Positions 39,125-51,650 are shown, counted from the first letter of the stretch. The stretch: DNA of 64,000 bases from an uncultured Actinomycetota bacterium (GCA_963829525.1 CAWHIJ010000003.1:96001-160000), one strand, 5' to 3'. Notes: generated from the letters alone by a model not told the origin. Numbers and translations are program-made.

Positions 39125-39187
39125 ATGAAGACTTACCCGGAGTTTTCGGCGTCGCGGGGAGCCTTCAAAGCAACGCTAAGTATTCAT
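39125..39187. repeat. REP-like long-loop palindrome, copy B (degenerate)
   Basis: ATGAAGACTTA...TAAGTATTCAT; left arm matches the reverse complement of 19907-19926 at 19/20 positions. Confidence 0.7.
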
Positions 39188-39215
39188 AGGGGGTACTCGG
39201 CGGGCTTGGGACGCC

Positions 39216-39635
39216 TCAGACCACGTCGTCGCGGTAGTCGTAGCCGGAGACCATGGTGGGGATGAGTCGGAAGAAGACGTCGGTGTGCTTCCCCGACGGA
39301 TCGTGCCCCTCGTAGCGACGGACGATCCGGCGATAGAGCGCCTGCGCATCGATGCCCTCGGCATAAGGGTCGAGCACCTCATGCGCAGTCCCACGGACCG
39401 ACACGTAACGGGCGTGCTCTCCCTCCTCCATCACCATTCCCGCAACCAAAGGCCGCTCCCTCATGTCACGCGCCTTCAGCGAGTCCGCCCCTGTGCTGAA
39501 GAGCAATCCGTCAGCATCAGCGACGAACCAGACGGGCACGACAACAGGCGAACCATCAGGACGCACCGTCGCTAGCGCGAGATAGGCGAGGGTTTCATCG
39601 GCGAAGAGGTCCTCGAAGCCGTTGGGGATCTTCAC
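39216..39635 (-). CDS. Pyridoxamine 5'-phosphate oxidase family protein (PPOX class, possibly F420-dependent)
   Basis: LATVRPDGSPVVVPVWF, KARDM, YVSVRG. Confidence 0.85.
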   Translation of the reverse strand: MKIPNGFEDLFADETLAYLALATVRPDGSPVVVPVWFVADADGLLFSTGADSLKARDMRERPLVAGMVMEEGEHARYVSVRGTAHEVLDPYAEGIDAQALYRRIVRRYEGHDPSGKHTDVFFRLIPTMVSGYDYRDDVV

Positions 39636-39641
39636 GATGAC

Positions 39642-40528
39642 CTAGCTGAAACGCCGGCCGGTGAGGCGCTCATAGGCCTCGACGTACTTGGCCCGGGTCT
39701 GCTCGACGACTTCGTCGGGCAGCGCCGGAGGCGCGTCGCCGGAGTGGCGGTCCCACCCGGACGCGGCGGACGTCAGCCAGTCGCGGACGTACTGTTTGTC
39801 GTAGGACGGCTGCGCGTGACCTGGCTCCCACAGGTCAGCCGGCCAGAAGCGTGACGAGTCAGGAGTGAGTACCTCGTCGGCGAGCACGATCTCGCCGGTC
39901 GACGGATGGCGTCCGAACTCGAACTTGGTGTCGGCCACAATGATGCCGCGATCTCTGGCGATCTCCTCGGCGCGTGCGTAGATCCGCAACGTCAACGCGC
40001 GCAGCGCTTCAGCATCGTCGACTCCAACGGTCTTGACGACCGTCTCGAAGTCGACGTTCTCGTCATGGTCACCGAGGTCTGCCTTCGTTGCCGGGGTGAA
40101 GATCGGCCTCGGGCAGCCGCGAACCGTCGACGAGGCCCGGCGGCAACTCGTTGCCGCAGACCGGGCCGGTCGCGCGTGTAGTCGGAGAGGCCTGATCCTG
40201 CGAGGTAGCCACGCGCCACGCACTCGACGGGAAACATGTCGAGCCGCTGCGTCACCATCGCTCGTCCGGCGACCTCAGCTGGGACGTCGGTCGACAGCAG
40301 GTGGTTCGGCACCACGTCCGCAAGCTGCTCGAACCACCAGAGCGTCATGGCGGTAAGGATGCGGCCCTTGTCTGGGATCGTCGTCGGCAACACCCAGTCG
40401 TATGCCGACATGCGATCACTGGCGACGAAGAGAAGTGAGCCATCCGGGTATTCGTAGAGGTCGCGCACCTTGCCGGAGTAGACCGCGGTGACGCCGGGAA
40501 GCTCCGGCGCCGCTGGCACATTGGCCAT
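39642..40528 (-). CDS. purC: SAICAR synthetase, frameshifted around 40110-40190
   Basis: [28 protein letters not shown] in one frame; [36 protein letters not shown] in another. Confidence 0.92.
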
Positions 40529-40539
40529 CGGCGACGCCG

Positions 40540-41978
40540 TCACAGGATGTCCCCAGGACGGTAGCCGGCAGCCTCGGGGTGACTCTGCAACAACTGCAGC
40601 GACACGCAGCACGACAGCAGCCACCTGGTCGGTCGCCGTCCCGGTGAACGTCAGTGGTTCGGCGACCAGCTGCTCGAGGTCGGACGCGGTCAGCCCCAGC
40701 CGCTCGTCGGACGCCAGACGCGCCAACAGATCGTTGCGCTCCGCGCCCTTCTCGCGCATCTCCAGTGCCACGGCGACCGCGTGCTCCTTGATCACCTCGT
40801 GTGCCGTCTCGCGTCCGACACCCGACCGCACGGCAGCCATCAGCACCTTGGTGGTCGCGAGGAAGGGCAGGTAGCGCTCGAGCTCGCGTTGCACGACGGC
40901 CGGGAAGACGCCGAACTCGTCGAGGACGGTGAGGAACGTCTCGAACAGCCCGTCGATCGCGAAGAACGCGTCAGCGAGGGCGACGCGTCGTACGACCGAG
41001 CAAGAGACATCGCCCTCGTTCCACTGGTCACCAGCCAGCTCACCGACCATCGACGCATATCCGCGCAGGATCACCGCGAAACCGTTGACCCGTTCGCACG
41101 AGCGGGTATTCATCTTGTGCGGCATCGCCGACGAGCCGACCTGTCCGGCCTTGAAGCCTTCGGTCACGAGCTCGTTGCCAGCCATCAGACGGATGGTCTT
41201 TGCCAGCGACGACGGTGCGGCCGACAACTGCACGAGCGCACTCACGACGTCGTAGTCGAGCGAACGCGGGTAGACCTGACCGACGCTGTCGAGCACCTGC
41301 TCGAAACCGAGATAGCGCGAGATCTCGATCTCGAGCTCGGCCACCTTGTTGGCGTCCCCGCCGAGCAGGTCGAGCATGTCTTGGCTGGTGCCGACCGGGC
41401 CCTTGATGCCGCGCAGCGGATAGCGACCGATCAGGTCGTCGACGCGCTGGTAGGCCACCAGCAGCTCGTCGGCAGCGGAGGCGAAGCGCTTGCCGAGCGT
41501 GGTGGCCTGCGCCGCGACGTTGTGCGACCGTCCAGCCATCACCAGTGTTGCGTGCTCGGACGCCAGGGCGCCAGCCGTGCAAGCGTCGCCACTGACTTGT
41601 CGCGAACGAGCAGAAGCGACGACCGCACCTGCAGCTGTTCGACGTTCTCGGTGAGGTCGCGCGACGTCATACCCTTGTGAATGTGCTCGTGACCGGCGAG
41701 CGCGCAGAACTCTTCGATGCGCGCTTTCACATCGTGGCGCGTGACGCGCTCGCGCGCTGCAATCGAATCGAGGTCGACGTGTCGATGACGGCGCGGTAGT
41801 CATCGATGACCAGCTGCGAGACGTCGAGCCCAAGGGTGCGCTGCGCCTCCAACACCGCGAGCCAGAGCTGTCGTTCGAGGACGACTTTGTGCTCGGGGGA
41901 CCAGATCCGCGCCATCGCCGCAGAGGCGTAGCGAGAGGCGAGGACGTCAGGGATCTGCGGCTTGGAAGACGAGGTCAC
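40540..41978 (-). CDS. purB: Adenylosuccinate lyase, frameshifted near 41780, 41570 and 40575
   Basis: [41 protein letters not shown] signature, terminal YRPGDIL stop, spread over several frames. Confidence 0.93.
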
Positions 41979-42021
41979 GGGGGCATTCTCCCAGGTATGC
42001 GCTGGGACGTCGAAATCTCTA

Positions 42022-42290
42022 CTAGGCCGGTGGCTGAACGCCGTTGGGGCGTCGGTAGATCCCGGGTGAGCGGCGTAACAGCAGTCCCTCGTCGACCAAG
42101 TAGCGACGCAGCATCGCCACGTCGTCGGAGAACGGTCGCAGCCGCGCATTAACCGCGGTCTCTTCGTGGTCCACCCTCGGTTCGATCTGCTGCGCCATGT
42201 GACGAAGGACGACCAGCCTGTTAGCCCGCTTGCGCGGCATCGCGATCAGGCGGCCGTCAGCGTCGAGGTGCCGGCTGAGTATGAGGGTTG
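42022..42290 (-). CDS. DUF2087 domain protein (start uncertain)
   Basis: DGRLIAMPRKRANRLVVL...E.AVNARL...DDVAMLRRYLVDEGLL. Confidence 0.8.
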
Positions 42291-42629
42291 ATGGAGGGTG
42301 GGGCTGAAGTGTAGCGTGGGAGCGTAACGTTGGAGCGCACATAGCAGCGTATAGGAGGTGACGTTGTGGCGAAGCTCCACATTCTGCTGAGCAGGGGCTC
42401 ATGCGTGAACCTCTGAATACGCATCCTGCCAAAACCGCCACCCCGCTTGAGCGGTCGCTATGGGGATCTCGCCCGATCGCTCCAGACTCCGAATCGCTGA
42501 GCTCACCTCGACATCGAGCAGGGCGGGCGCTGCGATCTGAGTGCGTTTGCACCCATACTCAGGGGCTAAGGGCCGAGCGGCACTGGGTCCGAGGGCCGGG
42601 ACCACGACAGAGGCGTCAACGACGATCAT
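42290..42629 (-). pseudogene. vapC: VapC/PIN-domain toxin, multiply frameshifted; 3' end approximate
   Basis: MIVVDAS, APALLDVEV, and out-of-frame HEPLLSRMW / LRHNVTSY PIN fragments. Confidence 0.7.
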
Positions 42630-42856
42630 CGGCGGTCTGCGTGGATGGCGTCCAAAATCTCGTCAACACCTAGGTCAACACGGAGCGGAGCCAGCCGAGC
42701 AAAGATGTCGGCGTTCGACGGCTTGGTCGCGTTGGCGATGATCTCGCGCAGTACGTACTCCGACAGCGAGACGCCCGACTTGCTCGCCCGAAGACGAAGA
42801 GCCTCGTGAACCTCGTATGAGCGCATTGCGATCTGAGTGGACGGTCTTGCACCCAT
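42626..42856 (-). CDS. Ribbon-helix-helix antitoxin (VapB/FitA-like)
   Basis: EVHEALRLRASKSGVSLSEYVLREI; stop overlaps the PIN-domain start. Confidence 0.75.
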   Translation of the reverse strand: MGARPSTQIAMRSYEVHEALRLRASKSGVSLSEYVLREIIANATKPSNADIFARLAPLRVDLGVDEILDAIHADRR

Positions 42857-42861
42857 TCAGG

Positions 42862-44145
42862 CTAAGGGCCGAGGCACTGGTCCAACAGCTCGTTGCTGCC
42901 CGACGTCGACGCCGCCTGCTCGGCGATGTCCCTCCGGTGGTGTGAACCGGTGAGCGCGATTTCCCCCACGGCCGCATATGCGGCCCTCCGAGCGGCGGCG
43001 AGGTCAGCCCCCGTCCCCACCACCGAGAGCACCCGCCCGCCAGCACTCACCACGCCTCCGTCGGCTGACCGCGTCCCCGCGTGCAGCACATAGGCGTCCG
43101 GCACGGCGTCAGCAGCCTCCAGGCCGTCGATGGAATCCCCGGTCCTGGGTGTGTCTGGGTAGTTCTCGGCGGCGACGACTACGGTGACAGCTGCGTCCGG
43201 TGTCCAGCGCAGATCGGGCACGTCGGCGAGGTGTCCCGTGGCGGCCGCCCTGAGCAGGCCCCCCAGCGGGGTCAGCAGCCGCGCAAGAACCACCTGCGTC
43301 TCGGGGTCGCCGAAGCGGGCGTTGAACTCGACAGTGCGCAGCCCGCGGGACGTCAGGGCCAACCCGGCGTAGAGCAGACCGGCGAAGGGCGTTCCGCGCC
43401 GACGCATCTCATCGACCGTCGGCTGCACCACGGTTCGCACGATGTCGTCCACCAGAGTCGCCGGCGCCCACGGAAGCGGTGAGTAGGCGCCCATCCCCCC
43501 GGTGTTGGGTCCGGTGTCACCGTCGCCCACCCGCTTGAAATCTTGTGCCGGAACAAGCGGAATGACGGTGGTGCCGTCGGTGATGCAGAAGAGACTGACC
43601 TCGGGGCCGTCGAGGTATTGCTCGATGACGACCCGGCCACAGGACGCCGCGTGTGCAAGCGCCGCGTCGCGGTCGTCGGTGACCACCACGCCCTTGCCGG
43701 CGGCCAACCCGTCGTCCTTGACGACGTACGGCGGGCCGAACGCGTCGAGCGCTGCTGCTGCTTCATCCGGTGTCTCGCAGATGTGCGCCATGGCTGTTGG
43801 CACGTCGGCGGCAGCCATGATCTCTTTGGCGAACGCCTTCGAGCCCTCGAGCTCAGCAGCCGCGGCGGACGGGCCGAAACATGCGATCCCCTGAGCGCGC
43901 ACGGCATCGGCGGCACCAGCGACGAGCGGAACCTCAGGCCCGATCACCACGAGGTCAACTGCCTCGGATACCGCCAACGCCGCGATGGCGTCGGGGTCGC
44001 CGGCATCGACAGCGACATTGGTGGCCAGGGCTGAAGTTCCCGCGTTGCCAGGTGCACAGACGAGCCGTCCGACGTCCGGGTCGATGCTGAGCGCCCGGCA
44101 GAGGGCGTGCTCACGCGCACCGGATCCAATGACGAGGACATCCAC
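42862..44145 (-). CDS. purD: Phosphoribosylamine--glycine ligase
   Basis: [44 protein letters not shown]. Confidence 0.97.
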   Translation of the reverse strand: MDVLVIGSGAREHALCRALSIDPDVGRLVCAPGNAGTSALATNVAVDAGDPDAIAALAVSEAVDLVVIGPEVPLVAGAADAVRAQGIACFGPSAAAAELEGSKAFAKEIMAAADVPTAMAHICETPDEAAAALDAFGPPYVVKDDGLAAGKGVVVTDDRDAALAHAASCGRVVIEQYLDGPEVSLFCITDGTTVIPLVPAQDFKRVGDGDTGPNTGGMGAYSPLPWAPATLVDDIVRTVVQPTVDEMRRRGTPFAGLLYAGLALTSRGLRTVEFNARFGDPETQVVLARLLTPLGGLLRAAATGHLADVPDLRWTPDAAVTVVVAAENYPDTPRTGDSIDGLEAADAVPDAYVLHAGTRSADGGVVSAGGRVLSVVGTGADLAAARRAAYAAVGEIALTGSHHRRDIAEQAASTSGSNELLDQCLGP

Positions 44146-44225
44146 GACGGCGACCCTACCCCACCGCCGAACAAGAGGGCATCTGCACGCTGTGAGCAGT
44201 GCAGGTGGCCTTGCCTGTCATGGAC

Positions 44226-44690
44226 TCAGCGGTCCGCCTAGCGCCGGAGGTGTCTCCGCCCGAGGGGGCGTCGTCCGGAGCCTCGCTGGGGCTGCCGTCC
44301 GGCATGTCGCTATCGCCGGGGAAGTCACCGTCATCGTCGAAGTCGTGGCCGTCACCGTGCTCGCCGTCGAAGAGGGGCCCACCATGACCGCCATCCCCAA
44401 AGCCCGGTCCGTCGTGGTGGCCGTCCGCGATCGCGGCCCCGGACTCCGCCGAGCAGACCGATCGTCAGTGCGCCCGCCGCGATGCCGACCGGGATCAGCC
44501 ACCGTCGGCGGGACGCGGGTGGTGCGTCCGCCTCGGCCGACACATAGTCCGGCACAGGCGCCGCCGCCTCGCTGGTCACCGACGGCTCTGCCTCCGAGTT
44601 CGTCGGTGAGGTGGTCTTCGGGTCGTCCGAGGGAGTCCAGTAGGGCTTCTCGGTCGGATCTGGTGTCTGAGGTGTCTCGTAGTTCGTCAT
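44226..44690 (-). CDS. Hypothetical single-TM protein with Pro/Thr-rich N-terminus and Gly/Asp/His-rich tail, frameshifted
   Basis: MTNYETPQTPDP...RRRWLIPVGIAAGALTIGLLGG, then frame breaks. Confidence 0.5.
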
Positions 44691-44719
44691 GATCCGACAG
44701 TGGACGACGAACCTGTACA

Positions 44720-46197
44720 AATACTGGGGGCTGACTGTGACCGGCTGTGAGATATCGGACGGACGACGAAGCGTGACGGCCACCGCCGTCCCAGAGCTGC
44801 TGCTCGTCAATTGCACCTTGCCACCATGCGCGGCGACGACTGCTGCCACGATCGACAGACCCAGGCCACTACCCCCCGACGCCCTGGTGCGTGACACATC
44901 TGCGCGGGAGAAGCGGTCAAACGCGTGGGGTTGGAAGTCGGAGGGCATTCCGGGGCCTGATCGGTCACGGTGAGCAGGACGCTATCCGTCTGCTTCGCGA
45001 CCGAGACTTCTATCGGCGTCGGGGCAGGGGTGTGCTGCACTGCGTTCGCCAGAAGGTTGCTGACAACCTGCCGTAGCCGTCCCTCGTCACCGACGACGAT
45101 CGCGGGACCTTCGGGGAGGTCAACCGATATCGGATGTCCGTGCGCAGTCACGGAGAAGTCGTGGCAGATCTCCGCGACGAGGACACACACGTCGACATCG
45201 TCTTCAAGCAGTGGACGACCCTGGTCCAGCCGTGCCAGCAGCAAGAGGTCCTCGACGAGGGTTTGCATGCGATCTGCCTCTGCCTCGATGCGCCGCAACG
45301 CCACCTGACGATCGTCCTCGCTGACGTCCCCCCGGTACAGCCCGCATACCCTTGACAGGTGGGCGGGCGTGTTGCCGGTGCTGTATCAGACGAATGGCGA
45401 AGACGCTCGTCCAGCCGTTTTCAACGAGAGGTCGAGATGGTCGAGCATGTCGTTGAATGCCTCGGTCACATCCCCGATCTCGGTGCCGGGGCTTCCGCTG
45501 GCACCCGTTGCTCCAGCCGTTGCGATCCCCTGGTCAACGGCAGCGAGGCCACCTCGCGCGCGGTCCGCGCCAGGCGGTCGAGTGGCAGCAGCTCACGGCG
45601 AACGAGCCACCCGCCACCGAGACCGACCGCCAATGCAGCGGCGGCAAGCGTCAGCGCTTCGATCAGCAGCAGCCGGGTCAAGGTCTCGTTGACCGGCTGC
45701 AGAGGAAGGCCGACGGTTATCACGTGACCTGAGAGTCGATCGCCTGGACCGCTCGGTACGCCCCAGATCAGAAAGCTTGACGGTGCTCGGCTCACCGTCG
45801 GCCGTCTGCAGCGCCGCCGCATCGTCGAACGTGAGTCGGGTGTCACCGTCCGGTCCGCCCGAGTCCCCCTCGTGCTCTCCGCCATCTCGGTGACGCTCAC
45901 CCGGAGATGCGATGAGGACCGGCGATTTGAGCAGCTGGCCGGACGCGTCGCTCTCCACCACCACGGTGCCGTCGCGGAGACCGGACGGGTCGAAGGTCCT
46001 TGACGCGGCTAGCCCATTAGCGGTGCTGACCAGCTCGCGATCGATCTGCTGCATGTGAAAGGCTCTGAGGGCAACGGCATGGTAATCCACGCACCCACGA
46101 GGACGAGCACGACAAGGACCACCAGCCCGATCGTGATCCTCCGGCGCAGGGAGAAACGTCTGAGGGCCCCGGCTCGAGGCGCGGGCTGGGCCGCCAT
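44720..46197 (-). pseudogene. HAMP-HisKA-HATPase sensor kinase, many frameshifts; 3' end approximate
   Basis: Fragments LRRRITIGLVVL, LTRLLLIEAL, AFNDMLDHL, RMQTLVEDLLLLARLD, LRQVVSNLLANA, GGSGLGLSIV in different frames. Confidence 0.8.
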
Positions 46198-46944
46198 CAC
46201 GGGTTGTCCGACCTGGGAGATCTGATCACGTAGCCGACGCCGCGCACCGTGTGGATCAGCGGCTCGCGGTCCTGCGTCGATCTTCTTGCGCAGGTAGGCG
46301 ATGTACAGCTCGACGACGTTGGCCTGGCCGCCGAAGTCGTAGTTCCACACCCGGTCGAGGATCTGCTGCCTTGCGACAGCACCCGTCGCGGGCGTTGCGC
46401 ATGAGGAACCGCAGCAGCTCGAACTCGGTCTTGGTGAGGTCGATCCGGTCGCCCGTCGCGCGAGCACCTCGTGGCGTCCTCATCGAGGGTGAGGTCGGCG
46501 ACCGTGCAGGACGTGCGTCTCGGCTGCCGACGCGTGACGCCGGTACGGCGCAGGAGCGCGTGCAGCCGGGCGACCAGCTCCTCGAGGCGAGAACGGCTTG
46601 GTGACGTAGTCGTCGCCGCCGGGGGTGAGCCCGTGGACCCGGTCCTCGGTCGCGTCGCGGGCGGTCAGGAACAGCACCGGGACGTGTCGTAGCCGTCACG
46701 GCGCAGCCGGCTGGAGAACCTCGAAGCCGTCGAGGTCGGGGAGCATGACGTCGAGGACCATCGACGTCGCGGCTCGGAAGGCACGTACTGCGGTGAGCGC
46801 CGCGCGACGCCGGTGGCAGCAGTGCTGGACCTCCCAGCCCTCGTAGCGCAGCACCGTGCTGATCAGCTCGGTGATGTTCGGCTCGTCGTCGACGACGAGC
46901 ACCCGGACATCGGGCTGGCTCTCACCCAGGGGCACGCCGTCCAC
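46197..46944 (-). pseudogene. OmpR/PhoB-family response regulator (mycobacterial PhoP/TcrX-like), many frameshifts
   Basis: [84 protein letters not shown]. Confidence 0.85.
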
Positions 46945-47194
46945 CTCGGTGGTCCACCTCCGATCGCGTCGAACCGGCGTTGCGACGGCTCGGTCTCGAC
47001 GCTAGCCGCACAAGTCGTGATTCCCGAACGCGCCATCGACTCTCACAGCAAGTCCACAGGTCGTGCGGGCTCTCGACCTATTCACTGCCACAGCCGGAGA
47101 CCTCGGATGACCGCCCACGTCGCAGTAACCCACAGCATGACCCCAGAGGTAGTTGCCCAGAGCGGGTGAATGCATCGCTCTGGGGAAACTGGGG

Positions 47195-48562
47195 TCAGCC
47201 CTGGTAATGGCTGGCGATGTCGCCGAAGGCGTCGTCGAGGATTGCGAGGCCCTCTTTGGCCTCTGTCTCCGACACCGTGCACGGCGGCACCACGTGCAAC
47301 CGGTTGTAGTTGGTGAACGGCATCAGGCCGCGGCTCTTGCACGCCCCAATGAGATCGACCATGGGTGCGTTCGCAGCACCGGCGGCGTTGTAGGGCACGA
47401 GCATCTCGCGGGTCTCGCGGTTCTTGACGAGGTCGAGCGCCCAGAAGACGCCGAGACCGCGCACTTCACCGATCACCGGGTGACGCTCGGCCAGCTCACG
47501 GAGGCCCGGTCCGAGTACGTTCTCACCGATCGCCTTGGCGTTCTCGACAATGCCTTCATCACGCATTGCGTTGATGGTGCCGACGATGGACGCCGCCGCG
47601 AGCGGGTGCCCCGAGTAGGTGAGCCCTCCGGGAAACACGCGGTCGTCGAACGTCGCAGCAATCTCGTCACTGATGATGACGCCACCCACTGGCACGTAGC
47701 CGGAGTTGACGCCCTTGGCAAAAGTGATGAGGTCGGGCTCGACACCGAAGTGCTCGAAGGCGAACCAGTCACCGGTGCGACCGAAGCCAGCCATGACCTC
47801 GTCAGCGATGTAGATGATCCCGTACTTGGTGCACAGCTCACGCACCCCGGCGAGGTAGTGCGCCGGGGGGATGAGGACGCCAGCGGTGCCGACGACGCTC
47901 TCGAGTGTCAAGGCAGCAATGGTCTGCGGGCCCTCGAACTGGATCACCGACTCGAGGTGCTGCAGCGCGCGGTCGGCCTCCTGCTCGTCGCTGTCGGCCC
48001 AAAAAGCCGAGCGGTACGGGTAGGGACCGAAGAAGTGCACGATTCCGGCGATCCCGGTCTCGTTCGGCCAACGGCGCGGGTCGCCGGTGAGCGTGACCGC
48101 AGTCGCGGTGTTGCCGTGGTAGCTGCGGTACGCCGCCAGCACCTTGTGACGCCCGGTGTGCAGCCGCGCCATGCGCACGGCGTTCTCGATGGCGTCGGCC
48201 CCACCATTGGTGAAGAAGATCTTGTTGTGGTTCGGCGGTGCAAGCTCGCTGATCAGGCGGGCTGCCTCGCCGCGCACATCGTTGGCATGCTGCGGTGCGA
48301 CGGTGCTCAGCTTGGCCGCCTGCTCCTGGATCGCCGCGACCACCTTGGGGTGTTGGTGCCCGATGTTGGTGTTGACCAGCTGCGACGAGAAGTCGAGGTA
48401 GCGCGTCCCGGCGTAGTCCCAAAAGTACGAGCCCTCAGCAGCGGCGATGGCCATCGGGTTGAGGGCGCCCTGGGCCGACCAAGAGTGGAAGACGTGCTTG
48501 CGGTCGAGGGCGACGACCTCTTCACCGCGGGCAGGGTCTGGCGTGGGGCTGGGGCTGGTCAT
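47195..48562 (-). CDS. Class-III PLP aminotransferase (omega-amino acid/polyamine catabolism type)
   Basis: FTNGGADAIE, SYHGNT, IADEVMAGFGRTG, ITFAKG, GLTYSGHP; GAGGAG RBS before ATG 48562. Confidence 0.93.
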   Translation of the reverse strand: MTSPSPTPDPARGEEVVALDRKHVFHSWSAQGALNPMAIAAAEGSYFWDYAGTRYLDFSSQLVNTNIGHQHPKVVAAIQEQAAKLSTVAPQHANDVRGEAARLISELAPPNHNKIFFTNGGADAIENAVRMARLHTGRHKVLAAYRSYHGNTATAVTLTGDPRRWPNETGIAGIVHFFGPYPYRSAFWADSDEQEADRALQHLESVIQFEGPQTIAALTLESVVGTAGVLIPPAHYLAGVRELCTKYGIIYIADEVMAGFGRTGDWFAFEHFGVEPDLITFAKGVNSGYVPVGGVIISDEIAATFDDRVFPGGLTYSGHPLAAASIVGTINAMRDEGIVENAKAIGENVLGPGLRELAERHPVIGEVRGLGVFWALDLVKNRETREMLVPYNAAGAANAPMVDLIGACKSRGLMPFTNYNRLHVVPPCTVSETEAKEGLAILDDAFGDIASHYQG

Positions 48563-48719
48563 GGCGACTCCTCGGAAGGCTTGCGCGAACGGCTCCAGGG
48601 TAAGGCCTCGACAGGTGGACCGCGTCGGTCGCCCACCAGCGCCGAAAACCACCTGAAATTGATCTTGTGTCCGATCACACCAGAGAGTTGGCTGAATTCT
48701 CCCACGCCAAGGAGTCCCC

Positions 48720-49088
48720 ATGTCCGAGCAGGTCCATGCGCGTTCCTTTGACCAGGCCGATGAGGTGCGAACCTTCACCAACGGACACCTCGACATCATC
48801 CGGATCGACAATCGTGAGGTGGGGCGCACCGTCTTCGAACCAGGATGGCGCTGGTCGAACGACGTCAAGCCCATCGCGAAGACTGATCTCTGTCAGGTGC
48901 ACCACGTCGGCTACCTGCTGCAGGGTCGAATGGTCGTCCAGATGGCCGACGGCCAGGAGCTCGAGCTGCACGCCGGCACGGTCGCGGAGATCCAACCAGG
49001 GCACGACGCCTGGATCGTGGGCGATGAGACCTGCGTGATGGTCGACTGGGGCGGCGCATCCAACTACGCAAAGGCTCCCGGCGCCTGA
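48720..49088 (+). CDS. Cupin domain protein
   Basis: FEPGWRWS, CQVHHVGY, PGHDAWIVG; AAGGAG RBS. Confidence 0.88.
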   Translation: MSEQVHARSFDQADEVRTFTNGHLDIIRIDNREVGRTVFEPGWRWSNDVKPIAKTDLCQVHHVGYLLQGRMVVQMADGQELELHAGTVAEIQPGHDAWIVGDETCVMVDWGGASNYAKAPGA

Positions 49089-49104
49089 CCTGCCGTGCTT
49101 CGTG

Positions 49105-50193
49105 TCACGACGGGCTGCGCAGACGCAGTCGAAGCGACGTCCGCACCGCCGGCCAATCGTCGTCGGTGATCGAGAAGATCACCGTGTCCCGCACCGATCC
49201 GTCCAGGCGGCGCTGGTAACGCCGCAGCAGGCCCTCGCGCACCGCGCCAAGCCGCATGATGGCGTCCTGCGACCGGGTGTTGCGCACATCGGTCTTGAGT
49301 TGGACGCGACCGAACCCAAGATCGTCGAATGCATGCCCGAGGAGCAAGAGTTTGGTTTCTGGGTTCACAACCGATGCCCAGACCGATGGCGCATAGGCGG
49401 TGGAGCCGACCTCCAGCCGAGCGTCACGCTGCGACACCTCGAGATAGGACGACCACCCCACCACAGTCCCAGCATCAAGACCTTCAAGCGAACGACGGAG
49501 GCGCACCGTCCACGGGTGCATCGAGGAAATGGACGCGGCCACCAGCTCACGCATCTCTTCGGCATTGTGTGGACGTGGCACCGTCAGGTGCGTCCACACG
49601 CGAGCATCATCTAGCGCAGTGAACAGCCCGCTGGCGTCGTCGAGCGCCGTTGGTCGAACTTCGACGTGATCACCTGTGAGGACTGTGTCTGCTGCTGGCG
49701 GCCAGCTGGCCTGCCCGCGGACCGGGCCTACCGGTGGCGCGACGGCGCGTGACAACTGCACGTACTCGCCGCCATCCACTCCCTCGTCCCGCTTGGTGCC
49801 ATCGACGCTGAAACCGATGGACTCGTGAAACGCAACAGAGGCCGAGTTCACAACGGACGTGACGCACCTCATCTGTCGAACCCCGCGCTCGGCCACGTTG
49901 GCATCGAATCGGTCGTAAAGCTGGCGCCCCAGCTCTGCACGTCTGTGCTCGGGAGCAACGCCGATGAAGTGCGCGTAGGCGACGGTGGGGTCGTCCACAG
50001 ACACGAAGCCAATCAGGAAACCGGCGAGATTCCCGTCCGGCGTCTCGGCAACCAAGCTCGTGCCACTGAAGTTCTCCAGAAAGAGCGGCTGCAGGAGCCC
50101 CCGCATCTCGCGTCCATCCCACCACTCATCGAGGACGGCCAGGATCGGCGCATGGTCAGCCACAGTGGCAGCCCTGATCTTCCACGTCGACAT
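49105..50193 (-). CDS. Tandem GNAT acetyltransferase (classic GNAT fused to RimJ/RimL-type GNAT)
   Basis: HFIGVAPEHRRAELGR...SVAFHESIGF, then LEVGST...KTDVRNTRSQ...LGAVREG. Confidence 0.85.
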   Translation of the reverse strand: MSTWKIRAATVADHAPILAVLDEWWDGREMRGLLQPLFLENFSGTSLVAETPDGNLAGFLIGFVSVDDPTVAYAHFIGVAPEHRRAELGRQLYDRFDANVAERGVRQMRCVTSVVNSASVAFHESIGFSVDGTKRDEGVDGGEYVQLSRAVAPPVGPVRGQASWPPAADTVLTGDHVEVRPTALDDASGLFTALDDARVWTHLTVPRPHNAEEMRELVAASISSMHPWTVRLRRSLEGLDAGTVVGWSSYLEVSQRDARLEVGSTAYAPSVWASVVNPETKLLLLGHAFDDLGFGRVQLKTDVRNTRSQDAIMRLGAVREGLLRRYQRRLDGSVRDTVIFSITDDDWPAVRTSLRLRLRSPS

Positions 50194-50221
50194 GGCATCG
50201 TCACCCTAGACAAACAAATCC

Positions 50222-50273
50222 CGATGTGGTTGCAGCAAATGGTGCCCTGACAACGTCAACTGCAACAACATCG
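50222..50273. repeat. REP-like long-loop palindrome
   Basis: CGATGTgGTTGCAG-N24-CTGCAACaACATCG. Confidence 0.75.
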
Positions 50274-50290
50274 ACCGCCTGGACCTGTGC

Positions 50291-51625
<1,335 letters not shown>

Positions 51626-51650
51626 CTAGCGGATCTGTACCGTGCTGCGC

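Noticed and set aside
39992-41833. 613-aa ORF that looks like a PurB-PurC fusion
   Set aside because: An indel near 40575 skips the real PurB ending (YRPGDIL-stop at 40540); both halves are also broken elsewhere
44352-44948. ORF joining the kinase ATPase tail to the downstream membrane protein
   Set aside because: Lies in the indel-rich zone and reads through apparent regulator-binding repeats; probably a lost stop codon
47153-48751. Long antisense ORFs (also 27702-28907, 32205-33371, 33715-34923, 53688-54998)
   Set aside because: Shadow frames of real genes, expected in high-GC DNA; no recognisable motifs
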